Positions 27,703-36,398 of a stretch of 49,217 nucleotides of DNA are shown piece by piece (position 1 is the stretch's first letter; every line of letters begins with the position of its first letter). The notes below the pieces were generated by a model, which worked only from the letters and a program-made list of their open reading frames with translations, made no database searches and was not told the origin of the DNA. A program made the position numbers and the translations under genes. This DNA is from Rickettsiales bacterium (GTDB lineage Bacteria; Pseudomonadota; Alphaproteobacteria; Rickettsiales; UBA1997), in assembly GCA_033763375.1 (NCBI GenBank), contig JANRKR010000006.1, positions 1 to 49,217 on the forward strand, written 5' to 3'.

Positions 27703-28308
27703 ATGAGTCTTAAAGAGCAAGAAATTTTACAAGAATTCATTGATGCTAAGGCAATTTTAAAAGGACATTTTATTTTATCTTCCGGCTTACATTCTGATAC
27801 TTACATGCAATGTGCGCGAGTTTTGATGAATGCTAAAAAATCTGAAAAATTATGTCAGGAATTAGCAAGAAAAATTGAAAATAAATTGGGCAAAAATTTT
27901 GCTGATATTGTTTTAGCGCCGGCAATGGGCGGCGTAATTGTTGGTTATGAAATGGGTCGACAATTAAATTTACCGACAATTTTTTGTGAAAGAGTAAATG
28001 GTGTTTTTGAGTTGCGTCGTGGTTTTGAAATTTTTGAAAATAGTCGCGTTTTGGTCATCGAAGATGTGATCACAACTGGAAAATCATCGCTTGAAACTTT
28101 TGCTTTGGTAAAAAAAACGGGAGCTAAAATTATTGCTGAAGCTTGTTTAGTTGATCGCAGCAGCGATGAAAACTTATCAGAAAAATTACAAGTTCCGGTA
28201 ATTTCTTTATTGAAAGTGAATGTTAAAACTTTCACTTCAGATAATATTCCTCAAGAACTGAAAAATATCACTGCGATAAAGCCAGGAAGTAGATTTTTAA
28301 AAAGCTAG
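27703..28308 (+). CDS. pyrE: orotate phosphoribosyltransferase
   Basis: The start is moved to ATG 27703 (M17). Motifs include GHFILSSGLHSDTY and the PRPP loop VLVIEDVITTGKS. Confidence 0.85.
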   Translation: MSLKEQEILQEFIDAKAILKGHFILSSGLHSDTYMQCARVLMNAKKSEKLCQELARKIENKLGKNFADIVLAPAMGGVIVGYEMGRQLNLPTIFCERVNGVFELRRGFEIFENSRVLVIEDVITTGKSSLETFALVKKTGAKIIAEACLVDRSSDENLSEKLQVPVISLLKVNVKTFTSDNIPQELKNITAIKPGSRFLKS

Positions 28309-28380
28309 AGCCTGTTTGCAAATAATTAGTTTCAGATTTTGGTATAAATATGAGACTAATTAGGTTTGAAAACGGGCTCT
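28307..28380. terminator. imperfect ~30-bp-arm palindrome between convergent pyrE and the PilP-like gene (candidate bidirectional terminator)
   Basis: agagcctgtttgcaaataattagtttca ... tgagactaattaggtttgaaaacgggctct. The arms pair with about 6 mismatches. Confidence 0.4.
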
Positions 28381-28387
28381 AGAACAG

Positions 28388-29245
28388 CTATTTTTTGTCT
28401 GGCAATATTGAATTGATTGAATTCATGATGGTTGGTTCAGATTTTTTGGCTTCAGCAAGAGCTGATTCTTCAGCTTTTTTCTTTTTAAGCATTTCTATAA
28501 CTGATTTACCTTCAACAATTGTGTTTGAACCAAATAAAAATGCCTGATTTGTTTTGAGAGTAAATTTTATCTCAATCTTGCCGTCGGCATTTTTTTTAAA
28601 ATCTGAATTTTCAACCTGATCTTCGCCAATCAATACTTTAGCTTTGCTAACACTCATATTCCAAAGAACTGAAACCTGATCTTTTTCAACAGAATTAAGA
28701 AAAATTTCCTGAGTCTTTTTGTTACTTTGGGAAGTAATTTTTTTGTCGTTAATCCAAACAACCCAGTCTTGAGGTGTGGAATACATTATCGAAGCCAAAT
28801 AAATATAAGATTCTTGGTTAAAATTATTTGCTAGTTTTTCAGAGTCGTCGGAATCTTGGTTAGAATTTATGCCTTTGATTGAGTTCACCATTTTTTCAAT
28901 GATAACATTTTCCTTATCGTCAAACATCAAAGAAGTGGTTTTTTTGCCCAGCAAAAGATCAACCATTCCGCCTTCCATATTATTGATTAAGGAAGAGCTG
29001 CTTAAAGATTTTGTAGCAATATCAAGCTTTTGTTTGGAAACCAGTTTTTTGGCGGTTTTTATTGGTGAATCAACAATGTATTTTGATTCAGAATCAAGAT
29101 TTTGATCGTTTGAAATATTTGATGAAGAATTGGCATCAGTTATATTATCGGTGGTTTTGGTTTCAGAATTTTGTGCGTAAGACTGAATTATCGAAGTTGA
29201 AAATATCAATATCAAAAACAATCTAGATAAAGTTTTTATCATCAT
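28388..29245 (-). CDS. secreted protein, possible PilP/GspC-like periplasmic component
   Basis: 285 aa with a signal peptide (..STSIIQSYAQ), a Ser/Asn/Asp-rich linker and a beta-rich C-terminal domain. The call rests on context only (third gene of the PilM/N-PilO-like operon, 4-nt overlap). Confidence 0.3.
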   Translation of the reverse strand: MMIKTLSRLFLILIFSTSIIQSYAQNSETKTTDNITDANSSSNISNDQNLDSESKYIVDSPIKTAKKLVSKQKLDIATKSLSSSSLINNMEGGMVDLLLGKKTTSLMFDDKENVIIEKMVNSIKGINSNQDSDDSEKLANNFNQESYIYLASIMYSTPQDWVVWINDKKITSQSNKKTQEIFLNSVEKDQVSVLWNMSVSKAKVLIGEDQVENSDFKKNADGKIEIKFTLKTNQAFLFGSNTIVEGKSVIEMLKKKKAEESALAEAKKSEPTIMNSINSILPDKK

Positions 29246-29940
29246 TTTCCAATTTTTGTTTGATTTATTTCTGTGTTGGTTTTGTTGGTTGAAGATGAAT
29301 TATCTTTTGTTTGATTTTGTAAGGTTTTTGCTACTAATGAATACCAAAAGAAATTAACCTGAACACTAACAGCACTTGGTAATTCTTTAAGATTAATCTT
29401 GAGTAAGTCTTGTTCGCTGTAATCTCTGGTTTTTTTGATTTCAAACCTTGAAATTACCATATATCCCGGAGTTGATTCTATTAATTCTGAAATAAACGAT
29501 ATTGCTCTTACATCGTCAATAGCGTTGAAGTCCAGCTTGCCAGAACTTACCAAAACATCTATGGTTGAAATTTTGAAAGGCAAACCAGTGATATTCTCTG
29601 GAATGCTCATTTTTATTGATGGTTTGTTAATTGAATATTTTTCAGCGATTAAATTCATTCTTGAAATTATATCAGAGATTTTAACTTCAGCCGTAGATTT
29701 TTTACTGGCGCTAATTGTTGGCCAAAGATCTTGATATTTTTTTATTTCTGCGACTTTTTCTCCCAGATTATTTCTTTTCTCCAGAAGGGATAAAGTTTCT
29801 GCCTTAATTTTTTGTGCCTGATTGATATTAGTTTGTTCTTGATAGTTTTTATAAAAAATAATTATAGCAAAAATTCCAGCAAGCATTGCTGTGATTAGAA
29901 TATTGGTAGTAATTTTTTTACGTAACTTAACAAGTTTCAT
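29242..29940 (-). CDS. PilO/GspM-like bitopic membrane protein
   Basis: 232 aa with a single N-terminal TM (ILITAMLAGIFAIIIFY), a coiled-coil segment, then an alpha/beta domain. It overlaps both neighbours by 4 nt. Confidence 0.4.
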   Translation of the reverse strand: MKLVKLRKKITTNILITAMLAGIFAIIIFYKNYQEQTNINQAQKIKAETLSLLEKRNNLGEKVAEIKKYQDLWPTISASKKSTAEVKISDIISRMNLIAEKYSINKPSIKMSIPENITGLPFKISTIDVLVSSGKLDFNAIDDVRAISFISELIESTPGYMVISRFEIKKTRDYSEQDLLKINLKELPSAVSVQVNFFWYSLVAKTLQNQTKDNSSSTNKTNTEINQTKIGK

Positions 29941-31484
29941 TGCTGTGAAATAGTAAATTCAACTGGAAAAGTGTAATATTTTTGCACGAAATCAATGTTA
30001 CGTGGAATGGCTGGGTATTCTATCTTTTTATCAGCAAATTTCTTTTTTATTTCCCCAGATAAAGAATCAAAATCTTTGAAAATATCGTTAATATCTCCGC
30101 TTTTATTATCAATATTGCCTTTGAAAGATAAGCTATATTTGGTTTTTGTCGCGATATTTTTTCCGTTAAAAGAAGATGAAATAGAGTATAAAAAAGAGAG
30201 AAGCTTAACATCGTTTTTCTTTAAAAAACTTAAGTCGTAGTAAGTTTTTACAAAGTCAGTTCCGATTGCGCTTATTGTTTCGTTCACTTTTCCGATATCA
30301 ACAATTTGGTCATTTTCTATTACAACATTGTTTTCTGTTATTTTTGGACCTTGATCATCGTTTAATAGATTTGCCTTCTCAAGTTCGCGATTAGCGATCG
30401 ATCTTTCTATTTTAGCTTGAGCAACCATTTTTGACGTTGAACTTGGTATAAAAACTACTGCAACTGCGCTGATAAAAGATATAAGAGCTATTATAAAATT
30501 TACCCAATATGAAATTTTCAAAGCGTTAAAAAGCTTTCCCAAAGAATTTATCTGTGGAGTAGTGAACTTTAAAATTTTTTTACTACTAGATACTGCTTTT
30601 GATATTAGTAGGTCGCAATATTTTGAATTTTCAGAAAGTATTTTATCATAACCAGTTTTTGTTGCTGCTTCTGATGGTGTGTAATTGATAAAGTTAAGTT
30701 CGGTTGAATGAATGGTTTTTATTTTTTCTAAAAAATCTGCCGAAAGTATATTTATTATGTCTATTTCTAAAATTCGGATTTCTGGAAGTAAGCGTTTTAA
30801 ATATTCAAAAGTGCTATAAATATCTTGCTCATATTTTTCTAAAAAATCTTTTTCTTGTACCTCATAATTAACTGAACGAGTAAAAATAATTCCCTGATCA
30901 GAAAATATAATTTGACGCATGCCGCTGACTTTGGTTTGAATTATCAGAAAATAAATACTATCGCCAGAAGATCTTTTTGCTTTAGAAATTATTTTTATGT
31001 CTTTTTTTAAAAGTTGGAAAAGATGAAAAGATTCAATTGGCAACATATAAATGCCAGTTGTGTGATTTGGCATATCTAATAGAAAATCTAGCCAATTGCT
31101 TATTTTTTCTGTTTTGGAAGCAAGTACAAAAAGAGATTCGCTTTTAACTCCTGAACCATCTTTTTTCTTATTGTCGAAAATAAGATAATTTTTCAGGCTT
31201 TCGCTATCTCCTTCATTTGCCATGTCTCTTTTGACAATATGCTCAAGATCGCGTTTTTTAATCGTGGGATAAGTTTTTTTCTTATAGCTTTGATCAACAG
31301 TATCTAACAATATCGATATTGGAACTAGCTGATTTTTGATGAATAAATTTTTTAAATCTATTTTTGATTCTTCGGTAAGCTCTTCTAAAAAAATTTTATT
31401 TTTAATTTTATTGCTATCATTTAGAGCAATAACAGCGCCTTTATCTCCAATTATAACAATGAATTTCTTTTTGTTAGATAACAT
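29937..31484 (-). CDS. PilM-like actin-fold domain fused to a PilN-like TM/periplasmic domain (GspL-like architecture)
   Basis: 515 aa. The N-terminal ~320 aa has a PilM-like pattern: FIVIIGDKGAVIAL, ..GIYMLPIESFHLFQLL.., ..YFLIIQTKVSGMRQIIFSDQGIIFTRSV... One TM follows (YWVNFIIALISFISAVAVVFIP), then a coiled coil and an alpha/beta periplasmic domain. Confidence 0.45.
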   Translation of the reverse strand: MLSNKKKFIVIIGDKGAVIALNDSNKIKNKIFLEELTEESKIDLKNLFIKNQLVPISILLDTVDQSYKKKTYPTIKKRDLEHIVKRDMANEGDSESLKNYLIFDNKKKDGSGVKSESLFVLASKTEKISNWLDFLLDMPNHTTGIYMLPIESFHLFQLLKKDIKIISKAKRSSGDSIYFLIIQTKVSGMRQIIFSDQGIIFTRSVNYEVQEKDFLEKYEQDIYSTFEYLKRLLPEIRILEIDIINILSADFLEKIKTIHSTELNFINYTPSEAATKTGYDKILSENSKYCDLLISKAVSSSKKILKFTTPQINSLGKLFNALKISYWVNFIIALISFISAVAVVFIPSSTSKMVAQAKIERSIANRELEKANLLNDDQGPKITENNVVIENDQIVDIGKVNETISAIGTDFVKTYYDLSFLKKNDVKLLSFLYSISSSFNGKNIATKTKYSLSFKGNIDNKSGDINDIFKDFDSLSGEIKKKFADKKIEYPAIPRNIDFVQKYYTFPVEFTISQQ

Positions 31485-31613
31485 TCTTTGATTTTAAAGA
31501 TTAGTTGCCCGAGATTATTCTAATTCAAGCTTTATTTTAAGTTGATTTAAATATGAGATATTACGAATAACTAAAGAGACTTTAAAAAAACATACAATTT
31601 TTTTTTAATCAAA

Positions 31614-32027
31614 ATGATAGTTGGCGTTGGAAACGACTTAATTTCTGTTCTCAGAGTTCAGAATATAATTTTTAAATTCAAAGAAAAATTTGCCAAAAAA
31701 ATTTTTACTAAAAACGAATTGTTGCAAGCAAAAACTCTAAAAATATCTGCAGAAAATTTTTTACCATTAGCAAAATTTTACGCCAAGAGATTTGCCGCTA
31801 AAGAAGCTTTTGCCAAAGCTTTAGGTCTTGGAATTGGCAGAGGAATTAACTTTAAAGACATTGAAATTTTTAATGATAAATTTGGCAAGCCAGCTATTAA
31901 AATTTTAAATCACAAAGAAAATTTTATTAAAAATCATTTTCACTGCGAAAATTTTGCAATTCATTTGTCGCTTTCTGATGAAGAAAATTTAGCCAGTGCT
32001 TTTGTTGTAATTGAAAAAATCTCATGA
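31614..32027 (+). CDS. acpS: holo-[acyl-carrier-protein] synthase
   Basis: 137 aa starting MIVGVGNDLISVLRV, with FAAKEAFAKALG. Confidence 0.85.
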   Translation: MIVGVGNDLISVLRVQNIIFKFKEKFAKKIFTKNELLQAKTLKISAENFLPLAKFYAKRFAAKEAFAKALGLGIGRGINFKDIEIFNDKFGKPAIKILNHKENFIKNHFHCENFAIHLSLSDEENLASAFVVIEKIS

Positions 32028-33007
32028 AAAAAATTATCGTAATTGGCGCCGGCGCCTGGGGAACTTCAATCGCTAATCTTTTGGCGCGCAATTCTCAGCA
32101 AGTTTTTTTAAACGCTAATCAACAAAAAATTATTGATGAAATTAATCACAACAACACCAATAACAGATTTTTGCCGGAAGTAAAATTAGATAAAAAAATC
32201 ACAGCAATAATTGATTTTACTGATCAAATAAAAAGTGCTGATTTGGTTTTTATTGTTACGCCAAGCGCCAATGCTACAATAATTTTTAAAAAAATTGCGG
32301 CATTAAAAATTAAAAAAACTTGTGGATTTGTAATTTGCTCAAAAGGTTTTGAACATCATTCTTTAATGCTTTTAAGCGATGCTTTTGAAAAATTTACTGG
32401 CATAAAAAATTATGCAATTTTATCTGGTCCAAATTTTGCTCTTGAGGTTGCAAATCAAGAGCCAACAATTACTACAATTGCTTCACGAAATAAAAAATTA
32501 GCCAAAGAAATAATCGCAGTTTTAAACAATGAAAATTTTCAGGCGCAATATTTCTCTGATCCGCGCACCGCAGAAATTTGCGGAATTATTAAAAATATTA
32601 TCGCCATTGGTTGTGGAATTATTGACGGTCTTAAATTGGGCGAAAATGCCAAAGCGGCTTTGGTTATGAAAGGAATTAACGAAATTCAAATTTTGTCTAA
32701 AAAATTAAAAGCCAGTGAAAACTTAAACCATGCTGCTGGTTTTGGTGATATTTTTCTTACTTGCTCATCGCCAAAATCGCGTAATTATTCACTTGGAATT
32801 CTCTTGGCGCAAGGAAAGTCATACCAGCAAATTGCCAAAGAAACTGGAAAAACTTACGAAGGTGAATTTTCAGCTGGAGCAATTTCAAAAATTGCCAAAA
32901 AACTAAAATTGCAACTAGACTTGTGCGCAAATATAAATGATATTTTAAGTCGCAAACACAGCGCCACTCAAATCAAAACTCTAATTTCAAAATCAATTTT
33001 AAGTTAA
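32024..33007 (+). CDS. gpsA: NAD(P)H-dependent glycerol-3-phosphate dehydrogenase
   Basis: 327 aa with IIVIGAGAWGTSIA, SGPNFA.EVA and NYSLG motifs. Confidence 0.9.
   Translation: MKKIIVIGAGAWGTSIANLLARNSQQVFLNANQQKIIDEINHNNTNNRFLPEVKLDKKITAIIDFTDQIKSADLVFIVTPSANATIIFKKIAALKIKKTCGFVICSKGFEHHSLMLLSDAFEKFTGIKNYAILSGPNFALEVANQEPTITTIASRNKKLAKEIIAVLNNENFQAQYFSDPRTAEICGIIKNIIAIGCGIIDGLKLGENAKAALVMKGINEIQILSKKLKASENLNHAAGFGDIFLTCSSPKSRNYSLGILLAQGKSYQQIAKETGKTYEGEFSAGAISKIAKKLKLQLDLCANINDILSRKHSATQIKTLISKSILS
32953..33007 (+). repeat. left copy of a 55-bp direct repeat (gpsA 3' end)
   Basis: A base-by-base comparison with 37303..37357 (offset exactly 4350 nt) gives 54/55 identical. Identity stops at both edges. 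Confidence 0.9.
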
Positions 33008-34098
33008 CTTCTACTCTTCCTGTTTTCTTCAATATCACTTTGGTAACCGGCCCTTTTTGCGCTTGCTTTCTTTATTATGGTATTGGGAGCTTCGCTAATA
33101 TTACCTGATTTTTGCTGCGGTTCGTTGTAGTTATCAATTTTTTGAATGACTTCTCTACTTTCTCTTGGTTTTATTATCTCAACAATATTTCTTGCTTTTT
33201 CTAACTCTCTTAGCATTCCGTCCCATAACTTTGCTTGGTGATCCAAAAATATTAATCCTCCTTCTCTGACTTGCTCAATGTGAGTCAGACTCTCTAAGCA
33301 AGCTGATTCGACAGTTTTTCTTGCCATTTTTTCGTGTTGTTTTTCAACGCTTTTATCTTCGCGTAATTGATCTTTATGAACAGTAAAAAACCTAGCAATA
33401 TTCTTATATTCTTTTGGCTCGTAATAACTCTTATAAGGGTCAAAAAAAGCTTTTCTAAAATTATCCAACATACTATCGGCAGCTAATTCGTGAGCCCAAG
33501 TATTCCCAGCGATAACAGGATATTGTCTTGTAAAAATATCTTCTTTTGCTTTTCTATATTCCTCCACTTCTGGCAGTAATACTTCTGATTTTTCCACATC
33601 GGTCATTCGGGCAACTGGATCAAGTCCAAAAACTCTTATTCCATGAATATTATGACTCTCCAACAAGAGCTGGGAATGTATCTTTTTCACATTGCCTCCG
33701 CCCATCTTATTACTTAAATTTTTGAAACCCAATACAGCTGCATCAAAGTCTCCATAGAGTACTGAAGCTCTCAGGGTTGAGGCAATTGATGGAATTTCTA
33801 ACTGAGATCTGCGAAAAAAATTATCTCTATAAATCAAAAATTGTTTTGCCGTAAATCCTTCTTTAGAGCGCTCTTCTAGATAAACAAATAAAGGATGCTT
33901 TAAAGCCTTATGCTCAGAAAACTCATGTGCAACAGGGTCTAATTTTTTTACAATTTCTTTTCTAAAATCTTCAGAAAGATAGAAACTTTTTTGGGGGTAA
34001 TAATTTCTTACTGCAATGGAAAACAGACCCGACCTTGCAATTGTTGTATTTAAACTGTTGATGGCGCGAATTCCTTTCATTGTGAATAGTAAAAACAA
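33004..34098 (-). CDS. heme-oxygenase-like fold protein (iron-containing redox enzyme / CADD-PqqC-TenA-like), disordered C-terminal tail
   Basis: 364 aa. The motif pattern is HPLFVYLEE, GGGNVKKIHSQLLLES, WAHELAADS and FFTVHKDQLREDKSVEKQHEKM, reminiscent of E/H-rich helix pairs of heme-oxygenase-like di-iron proteins. The assignment is from memory of the family pattern only. Confidence 0.4.
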   Translation of the reverse strand: MFLLFTMKGIRAINSLNTTIARSGLFSIAVRNYYPQKSFYLSEDFRKEIVKKLDPVAHEFSEHKALKHPLFVYLEERSKEGFTAKQFLIYRDNFFRRSQLEIPSIASTLRASVLYGDFDAAVLGFKNLSNKMGGGNVKKIHSQLLLESHNIHGIRVFGLDPVARMTDVEKSEVLLPEVEEYRKAKEDIFTRQYPVIAGNTWAHELAADSMLDNFRKAFFDPYKSYYEPKEYKNIARFFTVHKDQLREDKSVEKQHEKMARKTVESACLESLTHIEQVREGGLIFLDHQAKLWDGMLRELEKARNIVEIIKPRESREVIQKIDNYNEPQQKSGNISEAPNTIIKKASAKRAGYQSDIEENRKSRS

Positions 34099-34259
34099 TT
34101 AATAATCGGTGTAGTGTTGCTTGCTGGGTGTTTATTAATGAAACAACTTAACGGCCATTTTTGACTTTATTAAGAAAAAACAAGGCAAAAGAACTAATCT
34201 ACAGATTAGGTTGCGCCGCCTTCATTTACAAATTGGACTACGAGTTAATCACTAAAAAA

Positions 34260-36398
34260 ATGCCAAACCAAAACCACCTATCTCTTAAAAACTATTTTAT
34301 TTTTGTTTTAGCTACAATTTTTCTTGTGGCTTTAACAGCTTTGGTTTTGGTATTTGTTATATCAAAAAGTAATCACAAATCTCGCATCGAATTATCGCAA
34401 AAAGAAGCTGTAAATATTGAAAAAACAATTTCTGAATCATTTAGCTACTGCAACAAAATTAGCAGTTATGTTGGCAAGCAAATTGCCCAACATGGAAGCA
34501 ATGATTTACAATTTATTTTAAAAATATTTCGTCAGACAGATGAAGAAAAAAACAGAAATTCACAATTGCTTTCCTGGTCCTCTTTCGACTTTGTTGCGCC
34601 AAATAATTTGCAGTTAGTTAATGGCAAAGTTGGCGTAAGAAAAGATCCGCCAGATATGTCGGAAAGGCAATATTGCATTCGCTCTAAAGAAAAGCCTTGG
34701 AGTTTGCAGGTTTCTTTTCCGGTTTTTGGTAACCCAAGTGGATCTTGGGTAATTCCTGTGGGAACGGGAATTACTGATGATAAAGGAAAATATTTGGGAA
34801 TTATTGTCGTTGGAATTGATATTTTTGAGCTAACTGCTCTTGTTGAAAAAAGACTTATTAGTCAAAGCAGTTTCGTGGTTTTGGATGAAAATCAAAACAT
34901 TATAATTCAATCAAAAGATGCTGAAACTGATAATGAAATTTACCGCAAAAAACTTGCACAATTTAACTTCAAAGAAAAGTCGGGAATAATTTTTAAAGAC
35001 TTAACCATTGGCAAAATTAAGTATTTTTATTATCAGAAATTCGACGATTATCCCTACATTGTTTTAACTGGTTTTAATAAAGTTTTATTAGAGAAGGAAT
35101 TTAACAATTCGGTTCTGCCAATCGTTGGCGGATCAGTGATAATTACTTTTTTCTTCCTGATGATATTATACTTATTTAAGGCAAGAATTTTACTCTTGAT
35201 TAAGAAAGAAATATATTTGCAAAAGTCGCTATTAAAAAGAGACGATCTCATTAATTCTAAAACCAGACTAATTAGAGCGGTCAGTCACGATTTGAAAAAT
35301 TATATTTTTGGCATTTCCGGCCTTTCACATCTAATTTTACAGGGCAAAAACAAATCAGAAATTGAAGAAAGCGAAGATCTAAAAATGGTGGAAGAGCTAC
35401 ATCATCAATCAGAAGAATTGATGGGTTTTGTTGAAGATTTACTTGATACCAACCAAAACCAAGCTGGTGAATTTAGCTTAGGCAAAAAGCAAGTTTGCAA
35501 TGTTGTTGATCTGGTAAAGAGAATGATAATTTTAAACAAAAACTTCGCTTTAGAAAACCGTATTGATCTTGAATTTGACAATCAAACAAAGCACAAAGTA
35601 GTTAATGTTGAGTGCGATGTGCGCAGGCTGAAACAAGTCTTAAACAACATCATAAGTAACGCTGTTAAATACAGCAATTCTGGCAGTGTGGTAATTTTGC
35701 AAATTACTTTACTTGAAGAAAGCGGTGAAGTTTGCATTGCTGCAATTGATCAAGGAATTGGCATGAGCGAAGATGAAATTAAAATAGCCCTACTTGGTAA
35801 TGGAGAAAAAATTACTAAAAATGGTTTGAATAAATCTTTTGATTCCCATGGTCTTGGTATTCCGATTATCAAGAAATTAATTGAGCTGCACCGAGGAAGG
35901 CTAGAAATAAATTCCGCCAAAGGCTATGGCACCGAAATTAAAATTTATCTCGCAACTTATGACGATAATAAAAACACCCTAAATGAAGAAATTTACCAAG
36001 CTGGCAGCATCAATAATAAATTTAAAAATAAGGCGGCTCTAATTGCGGAAGATAACGCAATTACTAATAAAGTGATTACGTTTCTGCTGCGCAAAATGGG
36101 TTTTAATGTTAAGCATGTAGAAAATGGTGAAGAGATTTTAGAGCAATTGGATAAGCAGCATTTTGATTTGGTTTTTCTCGATATTAACATGCCAAAATTA
36201 GGCGGATTTGAAACGGCAAAGACGATTAGAGAAGGTAAAAACTTCAAGAGATTTAAGAATCATAACATTCCAATTATTGCGGTCAGCACAGAAAAACAGG
36301 AGCTTTCTAATCTTAAACTTCATGGCATTAATATGCTTCTTGGAAAACCATTTTCTGAAAAAGAGTTAATCGATTTTGTGATGGGGTGCATGAATTGA
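34260..36398 (+). CDS. hybrid sensor histidine kinase (TM - Cache-like periplasmic domain - TM - HisKA - HATPase_c - receiver)
   Basis: H-box RLIRAVSHDLKNY. N-box NIISNAVKYS. G-boxes DQGIGM and HGLGIPIIKKLIELHRG. The receiver has ALIAEDN, LVFLDINMPKLGG and LLGKPF. I place the start at ATG 34260 rather than the tracked TTG 34161. Confidence 0.85.
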   Translation: MPNQNHLSLKNYFIFVLATIFLVALTALVLVFVISKSNHKSRIELSQKEAVNIEKTISESFSYCNKISSYVGKQIAQHGSNDLQFILKIFRQTDEEKNRNSQLLSWSSFDFVAPNNLQLVNGKVGVRKDPPDMSERQYCIRSKEKPWSLQVSFPVFGNPSGSWVIPVGTGITDDKGKYLGIIVVGIDIFELTALVEKRLISQSSFVVLDENQNIIIQSKDAETDNEIYRKKLAQFNFKEKSGIIFKDLTIGKIKYFYYQKFDDYPYIVLTGFNKVLLEKEFNNSVLPIVGGSVIITFFFLMILYLFKARILLLIKKEIYLQKSLLKRDDLINSKTRLIRAVSHDLKNYIFGISGLSHLILQGKNKSEIEESEDLKMVEELHHQSEELMGFVEDLLDTNQNQAGEFSLGKKQVCNVVDLVKRMIILNKNFALENRIDLEFDNQTKHKVVNVECDVRRLKQVLNNIISNAVKYSNSGSVVILQITLLEESGEVCIAAIDQGIGMSEDEIKIALLGNGEKITKNGLNKSFDSHGLGIPIIKKLIELHRGRLEINSAKGYGTEIKIYLATYDDNKNTLNEEIYQAGSINNKFKNKAALIAEDNAITNKVITFLLRKMGFNVKHVENGEEILEQLDKQHFDLVFLDINMPKLGGFETAKTIREGKNFKRFKNHNIPIIAVSTEKQELSNLKLHGINMLLGKPFSEKELIDFVMGCMN

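Noticed and set aside
28334-28347. Similarity of agattttggtataaa (28334) to agatttggtataaa (23332), as evidence that the two convergent-spacer palindromes belong to one repeat family.
   Set aside because: It is a 13-14-nt AT-rich match with an indel, and the surrounding arms do not align. It is within chance expectation for this composition.
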